A model generated the notes under the pieces. The model did no database searches. It was not told where the DNA came from and was given only the letters and a program-made list of their open reading frames with translations. Shown here in pieces: positions 54,569-64,000 of a stretch of 64,000 nucleotides of DNA. The stretch comes from Eledone cirrhosa. Taxonomy: Eukaryota. The stretch lies in NCBI GenBank assembly GCA_964016885.1, contig OZ024743.1:344534001-344598000 (forward strand), in the 5' to 3' direction. A program made the position numbers and the translations under genes. Position 1 is the first letter of the stretch, and each line of letters begins with the position of its first letter.

Positions 54569-54645
54569 TTTTTTATTTTTTTATTTTATTTTTTTTTTTT
54601 TTATTGTGCAATGGCCATACTCGATAACGAGGGGGCAACCATCAT
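50260..54645 (+). mobile_element. Full-length RTE-clade LINE
   Basis: ~360-nt 5' UTR with an RTE-like CTAGGAGAAGG..AACTCCGAT..AAACC motif, a single ORF, and a 3' UTR ending in a stem-loop and running into (TA)n. Both flanks are TA microsatellite, so no TSD can be resolved. Confidence 0.9.
50623..54168 (+). CDS. RTE LINE polyprotein: AP endonuclease + reverse transcriptase + 3 C2H2 zinc fingers (1181 aa)
   Basis: Uninterrupted ORF. APE motifs WNVRTL, LSETR, YAPT, GDFNA, LDY, TDH. RT motifs NYRGISLL, QSGFR, FVDLTKAFD, GVKQG, YADD (52987-52998), YLGS. RTE-type LRWSGH..RIPKQLFYGEL. Three CX2CX12HX3-4H motifs. Confidence 0.96.
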   Translation: MMFQNNVNEIIANLGSGTKRIIGNKGRGPKLSQPGPARHRAIVIEPNRAFSLGCWNVRTLLDRDSLERPERRTALVAKELRRYDLDIVALSETRLAGDGHLTEFCGEYTFFWKGRDEGTRREAGVGFAVKTVLVNKLEEFPVGISERLMSMRVPLDKGRYATLVSVYAPTMNSVDEEKLSFYHALKGVLRNIPQADKVIVLGDFNARVGRDFNTWNVIGRHGVGKCNSNGMLLLQMCEELDLCVTNTMFQQKNKFKTTWMHPASKEWHLLDYVLVRMRDRQDVQCVRVLRGAECWTDHRLVRAKVNLITKRKIRAPGVTLPKRLNAARLKDKNVKRTLEEEMQAADLGEDWPTLKKSVYDVGRRVLGLVQRKHQDWFNEKDVHIDDLLADKRRALSRYLTAKPQERNTLHEELRDVKSRVRRSLSQMKDQWWSEKAGEIQTASDCNNTKLLYSLLREVYGPSSSLVTPIRSRDGKELLRDSQGILRRWREHFDDLLNQPSVVSEDFLNLIPESPVKVALAEPPTLVEVAVAISKLNSGRSPGMDGIHAELLQYGGERLLQHLHSLFGRIWANESVPEDWRDAVMVVLYKGKGNRNDCGNYRGISLLSVVGKVLCRVLLDRLLTHIADCVLPESQSGFRVGRGTTDMIFSARQLQEKCIEQGLDLYQVFVDLTKAFDTVNRDALWKVLQKLGCPDKFLALVRSFHDDMKAWVNVGGNMSEPISVKNGVKQGDIPAPTLFAIYFAMVFCIAFRNCEHGVYIRYRTSGSIFNIRRFAAKTKVFTSVIRDLLYADDCDLVAHTESDMQHILNVFSDACTALGLTVSLKKTVVMYQPAPGRQYTEPNIYVYGKRLGVVDQFVYLGSTVNRYGNLDSEISLRIRKASDAFGKLERRLWGRRDICRRTKVKVYRACVLSCLLYACETWVTYRRHLKQLERFHQMCLRRIHGVHWRDHISDVEILESSMCDSIEALVLRQRLRWSGHLARMKDSRIPKQLFYGELVKGKRPPHKPKKRYKDSLKASLKDANISADTWENIAADRSKWRKTVYEGKVAFEASRIAHEKVRRDVRKGIAVALPDGEGPPMFLTCSVCARLCLSKAGLESHLRSHKVRPVVDYQAAVGDATHHACQTCGRECKSAGGLKRHAKVHELQPQPTIPSKCFGCRLCARHFRSLAGLKSHIRSQHC

Positions 54646-54691
54646 ATATATATATATATGATTATATACATATATATATATATATAATCAT

Positions 54692-54765
<74 letters not shown>

Positions 54766-54790
54766 GATTTTATATATATATATATATATG

Positions 54791-54858
<68 letters not shown>

Positions 54859-54861
54859 GAT

Positions 54862-54895
<34 letters not shown>

Positions 54896-55465
54896 ATTTT
54901 ACTTTCCTTCTTACAACTATCATTTCCTAAAACTGATACCATTAAGTAAACATATATAATGTTTTAACTTCAGGTTATGACTCTATGTTCCTTGAAATCT
55001 CTATATATTTATTATTTCTCACTAATAAATTTAATTCCCCCCCCCCATAATTATATGTATATGTAAGCGTGTGTGTGTGTGTATATAGATATCCGTATGT
55101 ATGTATATATATATGTGTGTATATATATATATATATATGTGTGTATATATATATATATATATGTGTGTATATGTGTGTGTGTATGTGTATATATATATAT
55201 ATGTATATATATATTACTTTTATATTCTTTTAATTTCCCCTCATCTTTAACAGCACTCTTCAATTGCATCTAACTCTTATTTATCATATCTATATGCATT
55301 AGTATAATTTTATCAATATAAATATACCCATCAATTAAATTAATTTATATTCTTTTCATAGATGTATTTTTTTCACTAACACTCTTATCGTAAACTTTTA
55401 GTCTCCTTAGATATTTGCATTGGCATTACTACTTTATAACAGCAACTGCTTGTATACCTTTTACT

Positions 55466-55926
55466 GACCTATTTTCACCCCTAAAAAAATCCTTCTCATT
55501 CTTCACACTCCATTCAAAACTGAAATCTGCCTTATTCTACCCCTAAAATAAGCTTTAATTACTACTATTTTACCATTTGGCCAATTATTAACTTTCTATT
55601 GGTTAATTCTAAACCTCTTACCAAAAAGACAGAATATATTAGATCTTTGTTGGTTTTATTCAATGAACAAATATAATTATTTCTGAGGTCAGCATACGAC
55701 CTATTTTCTTCCCTAAAATAATCTTTCATTCATAAGATTCTTTTCCATCCAAAATTGAAATCTACCTTCCTCTACCCAAAATTTAAGGTTCTTCTACTAC
55801 TATATTACTATCTTGACCCTCACTATCTCTCTATTGGTCAATTCAAAACCTGTTCCCAAACAGACCTATTGTATTGAATCTTTGTTTTTTTCAATAAACA
55901 AATATCATTATTTCTGAAGACAGCAT
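55466..55926. repeat. Diverged ~230-bp tandem duplication
   Basis: Units start GACCTATTTTC (55466, 55698) and end ATTATTTCTGA..CAGCATA. Confidence 0.75.
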
Positions 55927-56234
55927 ATATATGTGTAGGTATGTATATTCCCTCTGATAGTTTGTATAAATATTGTACATAGATCTATAGAATATGCATA
56001 CCAACTCTAACACATATATATATCCTAGAAACGATCGTAAAATGATGAATTTTTTTAATATAAGGAACTGTTTCTTTGTTTATTCATTATTTTATTAATT
56101 TATCTTGACTCTGCTTTCCGTTAATTTTCACCGAAAATAGTTTTTGAATGCATCTTCTCTTTTCATGATATCCGGATTACATTGAGTTCTTCATACGGAT
56201 TGGACACTACCGTAAATTTTTTGGTAGATTTATC

Positions 56235-56266
<32 letters not shown>

Positions 56267-56814
56267 TCCAGATATATATAGATGCCAGGCCTACACATGG
56301 TATGTTACCATAATTCTTGTTGGAATTGTAGGGGCACTGTATTGACACGTGGCGTTTATTAGGCATTTTAAGCCTGGCGGTGCCAGCCTCTCCACCTCTA
56401 AATACACCCTATTTCTTCCAGTGAAAGAGAGAAAATGAGAGAGAGGAAGTGAGAAAGAGAAAAAGAGGAGTAATCAACCCCAGTGCTAAACTGGTACTTC
56501 CAGTGCATCTCCCTTACCATCCTCCGGCCAAATGCCTTCTCTGTTCTGTCGCCGGGGCTGTGGGGCGGCCAGAACGTGGGAACCCATTTGCTTGTATTAC
56601 AGACAGATGTGGCAGGCGAGAGAGATGGATGCGATGTCAGTAGGAGTTCGGCTCTTCCGTGTTCGGACATATTGGTAAGCACTTGGAATTTGCTTTGTTT
56701 CTGGTTGTCCATCTGATTGTGACTAGCAAAGTTAGCTTTTGTATATATAAAGAATAACATGACATTTAAAGAATGCGAGACAATCATCAGATTTGTTTAA
56801 AGTATGTATTTATA

Positions 56815-56945
56815 ACAAACTGGTACTTTTGATAGACTTCGAATAGATAATAGGCAAAGTTGACCTAGGTGGGATTTGAACTCAGAGAGCAGAGAACCGG
56901 AACGAATTCCGCAAAGCATTCTATCCGACGTTCTACTCCGTCGCA
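56815..56945 (-). mobile_element. Diverged SINE fragment
   Basis: CTGGTACTTT..AGGCAAAGTTGACCT..GGGATTTGAACTCAGA. Confidence 0.7.
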
Positions 56946-57014
56946 TTATACACATATACACATACAAATACAAATACAAATGCACTTATACCCGTACATA
57001 CACTCGCACATACA

Positions 57015-57445
57015 ATCACTCATACATACACACATACGTACAAATATAAAGACATAGACATGCATACATGTAGACATACATGCATACATACATAGCATAC
57101 ATACATAGCATACATACAAATATAAAGACATAGACATGCATACATGTAGACATACATACATACATAGCATACATACACACATACGTACAAATATAAAGAC
57201 ATAGACATGCATACATGTAGACATACATACATACATAGCATACCTACACACATACGTACAAATATAAAGACATAGACATGCATACATGTAGACATACATA
57301 CATACATAGCATACATACACACATACGTACAAATATAAAGACATAGACATGCATACATGTAGACATACATGCATACATGCATGTAGACATACATGCATAC
57401 ATACATGGCATACATACACACATACGTACAAATATACATGCATAC
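57015..57445. repeat. ~71-bp minisatellite built on (CATA)n
   Basis: CATACGTACAAATATAAAGACATAGACATGCATACATGTAGACATAC.. recurs at 57180, 57251 and 57322, with variants. Confidence 0.85.
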
Positions 57446-58394
57446 ATACATAGTTGGATAGAATCATAGTGCATACATACATACAAGCATAGGATCCTAG
57501 TTTATACATACACACACACACACAGTTTGGTTATAACATAAAGATATGAAAATAATCCTTTATAAACTGATTCATATATGTGAGAATTTATCAGAGAAAA
57601 GATAACAATTGTAGAAGAATGGCACACGGGGTGTTGGTGACGGTTGGGTGGCTATGTGGTCGAGCGGCTGTTGTGTTCGGGTGGATGAATGTAGGATGAG
57701 GGGCGGCAGAAATCAGGGGAGGAGGAGAGGAATAGCAAGAGGAGGAGATATGCGTTATTAAAAGCATTAATAGATTAATTGAATGTTCCCGGGGAAATTT
57801 ATCTGGAGTGAGCGAAACCAAATATTTAAAACATGCCTAATGAAATTATCTTTGTAGATAAGAGGAGAGTTTTGTTGTTGTTGTTGTTGTTGTTGTTCTT
57901 ACTGTTGTCGTTGTTGTTGGTCTAATGATGTCTTATTATTGCCATTATGATGTTATTATGGGCAATGTTGTTTGTTTTGTGAGTGATGTTATCACTATTG
58001 TCGTCCTTGTTTTCTTTTTCTCTTGCTGCTGCTGTTGTTGTTGTTGCTGCTGTTGTTGCTGTTGCTGTTGTTGTTGTTGCTGTTGTTGTTGCTGTTGTTG
58101 CTTTTGCTGTTGTGATTGTTGTGATTGTTGTTGTTGTGATTGTTGTTGTGATTGTTGTTGTGATTGTTGTTGCTGTTGTTGTTGTTGCTGTTGTTGTGAT
58201 TGTTGTTGTTGTTGCTGTTTTTGCTGCTGTTGCTGTTGTTGTTGCTGTTGTTGTTACTATTGTTGTTGTTGCTGTTGTTGTGATTGTTGTGATTGTTGTT
58301 GTTGTGATTGTTGTTGCTGTTGTTGTTGTTATTGCAGTTGTTGTTGCTAATATATATTTTTGAAGTTGTTGTCCCTTAAATATTGTTATTGGTG

Positions 58395-58580
58395 ATAATT
58401 GTTTCTACTTTAGGCACAAGGCCAGCAATTACCCAGTACATTACTGATACTTTATTTTATCGACCCCGTAAGGATGAAAGGCAAAGTTAACCTCGACGGG
58501 ATTTGAACTCAGACCGTAAAGGGATTTAACTATACTAGAAAGCATGGCGTTCACCCCTCTACCGATACTGCCAATACACT
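58395..58580 (-). mobile_element. SINE
   Basis: Full consensus match. Confidence 0.9.
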
Positions 58581-58714
58581 GGTGAGATTGTTGTTTGTCT
58601 TACTGTCGTTTGACTTGCCTGTCTTGTTTGTCTTGTCTTTGCTGTTGTTGTTATTGCTGTAACTTGTTTATTGTTGTAGTTGTTCTTGTGATTGTCAGAT
58701 ATGGGTAGCAATTG

Positions 58715-61700
58715 TTGACAACGTTGTTGTTATAGTTACTACTCCTGTTATTGACGTTGTTGTTGTTAGTACTACTGTTGTTGACGTTGTTGTTGTTACT
58801 ACTGATGTTGATATTGTTACTACTGATGTTGACGCTGTTCTTGTTACTACTGATGTTGACGTTATTGCTTTATTACTGTTGTTGACGTTGTTATTGTTAC
58901 TAGAGTTTTTGACGTTGTTGTTGTTACTACTGTTGTTGACGTTGTTGTTACGACTGTTGTTGACGTTGTTGTTACGACTGTTGTTGACGTTGTTGTTGTT
59001 ACTACTGTTGTTGACGTCGTTGTTACGACCGTTGTTGACGTTGTTGTTACGACTGTTGTTGACGTTGTTGTTGTTAATACTGTTGTTGACGTTGTTGTTG
59101 TTACTACTGTTGTTGACGTTGTTGTTGTTACTATTGTTGTTGACCGTGTAATTGTTACTACAGTTGTTGACGTTGTTGTTGTTACTACTGTTTTTGACGT
59201 TGTTGTTGTTACTACTGTTGTTGACGTTGTTGTTGTTACTACTGTTGTTGACGTTGTTGTTGTTACTACTGATGTTGATGTTATTGTTGTTACTACTGTT
59301 GTTGAGGTTGTTGTTGTTACTACTGTTGTTGACGCTGTTGTTGTTACTACTGATGTTGATGTTATTGTTGTTACTACTGTTGTTGACGTTGTTGTTACTA
59401 CTGTTGTTGATGTTATTGTTGTTACTACTGTTGTTGGCGTTGTTATAGTTACTACTGTTGTTGACGTTGTTGTTACTACTGTTGTTGACGTTGTTGTTGT
59501 TACTACTGTTGTTGACGTTGTTATAGTTACTATTGTTGTTGACGTTGTTGTTACTACTGTTGTTGACGTTGTTGTTGTTACTACTGTTGTTGACGTTGTT
59601 GTTACTACAGTTGTTGACGTAGTTGTTACGACCGTTGTTGACGTTGTTGTTGTTAATACTGTTGTTGACGTTGTTGTTGTTACTACTGTTGATGACGTTG
59701 TTATTGTTACTACTGTTGTTGGCGTTGTTGTTACTACTGCTGTTGTTGAAGTTGTTGTTACTACTGTTGTTGACGTTGTTGTTACTACTGTTGTTGACGG
59801 TGTTATTGTTACTAATGTTGTTGACGTTGTTGTTGTTACTACTGTTGTTGACGTTGTTATAGTTACTATTGTTGTTGACGTTGTTGTTACTACTGTTGTT
59901 GACGTTGTTATTGTTACTCTATTGTTGACGTTGTTATTGTTACTACCGTAGTTGACGTTGTTGTTGTAACTACTGTTGTTGACGTTGTTATTGTTACTTT
60001 TATTGTTGACGTTGTTATTTTTACTAACGTTGTTGACGTTGTTATTGTTACTACTACAGATTTTTGACATTGTTGTTGTTACTACTATTGTTGTTGCGTT
60101 GTTATTGTTAGTACCGTTGTTGACGTTGCTGTTGTTACTAATGTTGTTGACGTTGTTAGTGTTACTACTGTTGTTGATGTTGTTTTGGTTACTACTACTG
60201 TTTTTTGACGTTGTTTTTGTTACTACTGTTATTGACGTTATTGTTACTACTGTTTTTGAAGTTGTTATTGTTACTATTGTTATTGACGTTGTTATTGTTA
60301 CTAACGTTGTTGACGTTATTGTTGTTACCACTGTTGTTGACGTTGTTGTAGTTACTACTGTCGTTGACGTTGTTGTTGTTTCTAATCTTGTTGACGTTGT
60401 TGTTGTTACTACTGTTGTTGACGTTGTTATTGTTACTATTGTTATTGACGTTGTTATTGTTACTAATGTTGTTGACGTTATTGTTGTTACCACTGTTGTT
60501 GACGTTGTTGTCACTACTGTCGTTGACGTTGTTGTTGTTACTACTGTCGTTGACGTTGTTGTTGTTTCTAATCTTGTTGACGTTGTTGTTACTATTACTG
60601 TTGTTGACGTTATTATTGTTAGTACTGTTGTTGACGTTATTGTTGTTACTACTGTTGTTGACGTCGTTATTGTTACTACTACTGTTGTTGACGTTGTTGT
60701 TGTTAATACTGTTGTTGACGTTGTTATTGTTACTACTGTTGTTGACGTTGTTATTTTTACTACTGTTGTTGACGTTTTTATTGTTACTATTGTTGTTGAC
60801 GTTGTTATTGTTAATACTGTTGTTGACGTTGTTGTTACTACTGTTGTTGACGTTGTTGTTGTTACTACTGTTGTTGACGTTTTTATTGTTAATACTGTTG
60901 TTGACGTTGTTATTGTTACTACTGTTGTTGACGTTATTATTGTTAATACTGTTGTTGACGTTGTTATTGTTACTACTGTTGTTGACGTTGTTGTTACTAC
61001 TGTTATTGCCGTTGTTGTTGATACTACTGTTGTTGACGTTGTTGTTACGACTGTTGTTGACGTTGTTATTGTTACTAATGTTGTTGACGTTGTTGTTGTT
61101 ACTACTGTTGTTGATTTTGTTGTTACTACTACTGTTATTGACGTTGTTATTGTTACTACTGTTGTTGACGTTGTTATTGTTACTACTGTTGTTGACGTTG
61201 TTATTGTTACTACTGGTGTTGACGTTGTTATTGTTACTACTGGTGTTGACGTTGTTGTTGTTACTACTGTTGTTGACGGTATTGTTGTTACTACTGTTGT
61301 TGACGTTGCTGTTGTTACTACTGTTGTTGACGTTGTTATTGTTACTACTGTTGTTGACGTTGTTGTTGTTGCTAATGTTGTTGACGTTGTTGTTACTACT
61401 GTTGTTGACGTTGTTGTTACGACTGTTGTGGACGTTGTTATTGTTACTACTGTTGTTGACGTTGTTATTGTTACTAATGTTGTTGACGTTGTTATTGTTA
61501 CTACTGGTGTTGACGTTGTTGTTGTTACTACTGTTGTTGACGGTATTGTTGTTACTACTGTTGTTGACGTTGTTATTGTTACTACTGTTGTTGACGTTGT
61601 TGTTGTTGCTAATGTTGTTGACGTTGTTGTTACTACTGTTGTTGACGTTGTTATTGTTACTACTGTTGTTGACGTTGTTGTTGTTACTACTGATGTTGAC

Positions 61701-64000
61701 GTTTTTATTGTTACTACTGTCGTTGACGTTGTTGTTGTTACTAATGTTGTTGACGTTGTTATTGTTACTACTGTTGTTGACGTTGTTGTTGTTACTACTG
61801 TTGTTGACGTTGTTGTTACTACTGTTGTTGACGTTGTTATTGTTACTACTGTTGTTGACGTTGTTGTTGTTACTACTGTTGTTACTACTGTTGTTGACGT
61901 TGTTGTTGTTACTACTGTTGTTGACGTTATTGTTGTTACTATTGTTGTTGACGTTGTTGTTGTTACTACTGTTGTTGACGTTGTTGTTACTACTGTCGTT
62001 GACATCGTTGTTACAACTGTTGTTGACGTTGTCATTGTTACTACTGTTGTTGACGTTGTTATTGTTACTACTGTTGTTGACGTTGTTATTGTTACTACTG
62101 TTGTTGACGTTGTTGTTGTTACTACTGTTGTTGACGTTGTAATTGTTACTACTGTTGTTGACGTTGTTGTTACTACTGTTGTTGACTTTATTGTTGTTAC
62201 TATTGTTGTTGACGTTGTTGTTGTTACTACTGTTGTTGGCGTTGTTTTTACTACTGTTGTTGACGTTGTTGTTGTTACTACTGTTGTTGACGTTGTTGTT
62301 ACTACTGTTGTTGACGTTATTGTTGTTACTATTGTTGTTGACGTTGTTGTTGTTACTACTGTTGTTGGCGTTGTTTTTACTACTGTTGATGACGTTGTTG
62401 TTGTTACTACTGTTGTTGACGTTGTTGTTGTTACTACTGTTGTTGACGTTATTGTTGTTACTATTGTTGTTGACGTTGTTGTTACTACTCTTGTTGGCGT
62501 TGTTTTTACTACTGTTGTTGACGTTGTTGTTGTTACTACTGTTGTTGACGTTGTTGTTGTTACTACTGTTGTTGACGTTATTGTTGTTACTATTGTTGTT
62601 GACGTTGTTGTTGTTACTACTGTTGTTGGCGTTGTTTTTACTACTGTTGTTGACGTTGTTGTTGTTACTACTGTTGTTGACGTTGTTGTTGTTACTACTG
62701 TTGTTGACGTTATTGTTGTTACTATTGTTGTTGACGTTGTTGTTGTTACTACTGTTTTTGGCGTTGTTTTTACTACTGTTGTTGACGTTGTTGTTGTTAC
62801 TACTGTTGTTGACGTTGTTGTTATTACTACTGTTGTTGACGTTATTGTTGTTACTATTGTTGTTGACGTTGTTGTTGTTACTACTGTTGTTGACGTTGTT
62901 ATTGTTACTACTGTTGTTGACGTTGTTATTGTTACTACTGTTGTTGACGTTGTTATTGTTACTACTGTTGTTGACGTTGTTGTTACTATTGTTGTTGACG
63001 TTGTTGTTGTTACTACGTTTATTGTCATTGTTGTTGTTACTACTGCTTTTGACGTTGTTGTTGTTGTTACTACTGTTGTTGACGTTGTTATTGTTACTAA
63101 TGTTGTTGACGTTATTGTTGTTACTATTGTTGTTGACGTTGTTGTTGTTACTATTGTTGTTGACGTTGTTGTTACTACTGATGTTGACGTTATTGTTGTT
63201 ACTACTGTTGTTGACGTTTTTGTTGTTACTACTGTTGTTGACGTTGTTGTTACTACTGTTGTTGACGTTGTTGTTACTACTGTTGTTGACGTTGATGTTG
63301 TTACTATTGTTGTTGACGTTGTTGTTACTACTGATGTTGACGTTATTGTTGTTACTACTGTTGTTGACTTTATTGTTGTAACTATTGTTGTTGACGTTGT
63401 TGTTGTTACTATTGTCGTTGAAGTTGTTGTTACTACTGTCGTTGACGTTGTTGTTGTTTCTAATCTTGTTGACGTTGTTGTTGTTACTACTGTTGTTGAC
63501 GTTGTTATTGTTATTGACGTTGTTATTGTTACTAATGTTGTTGACGTTATTGTTGTTACCACTGTTGTTGACGTTGTTGTTGTCAACACTGTCGTTGACG
63601 TTGTTGTTGTTACTACTGTCGTTGACGTTGTTGTTTCTAATCTTGTTGACGTTGTTGTTACTATTACTGTTGATGACCTTGTTATTGTCAGTACTGTTGT
63701 TGACGTTATTGTTGTTACTACTGTTGTTGACGTCGTTATTGTTACTACTACTGTTGTTGACGTTGTTGTTGTTACTACTGTTGTTGACGTTGTTAGTGTT
63801 ACTACTGTTGTTGACGTTGTTATTGTTACTACTGTTGTTGACGTTTTTATTGTTACTATTGTTGTTGACGTTGTTATTGTTAATACTGTTGTTGACGTTG
63901 TTGTTACTACTGTTGTTGACGTTGTTGTTGTTACTACTGTTGTTGACGTTTTTATTGTTAATACTGTTGTTGACGTTGTTATTGTTACTATTGTTGTTGA
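58715..64000. repeat. >5-kb (GTT)-derived satellite with a 24/27-bp unit, running off the window end
   Basis: Unit GTTGTTGACGTTGTT(A/G)TTGTTACTACT with 3-nt length variants. Confidence 0.95.

Noticed and set aside
60364-63381. Poly-Leu ORFs of 592 and 412 aa
   Set aside because: Plus-strand translation of the GTT satellite.

Overview
Repeat-dense, AT-rich eukaryotic intergenic or intronic DNA. No host protein-coding exon can be supported. The repeat repertoire (a very abundant tRNA-headed SINE, long (TA)n/(CA)n/(CAC)n/(CTT)n tracts, RTE and Penelope-like retroelements) suggests a cephalopod, octopus-like genome; this is inference. The only intact long ORF is a full-length RTE-clade LINE (50623-54168: APE + RT + three C-terminal C2H2 fingers). 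Also present are two 5'-truncated Penelope-like (GIY-YIG) fragments, a decayed zinc-knuckle ORF1-type LINE derivative, a mariner remnant, two pogo-like MITEs, about 30 SINE copies and several satellites. The most interesting signal is a set of short elements embedded in (TA)n microsatellites. They include hand-foldable type I hammerhead ribozymes (three complete, one core-variant pair, several decayed, with stem II covariation), inverted or fold-back ends, a shared ACTC..GAGTRCTC motif, and a ~140-nt family whose copies repeatedly break at the same point. Together they look like a microsatellite-targeted Penelope-like/retrozyme-type system. Almost all other ORFs in the track are low-complexity artefacts.
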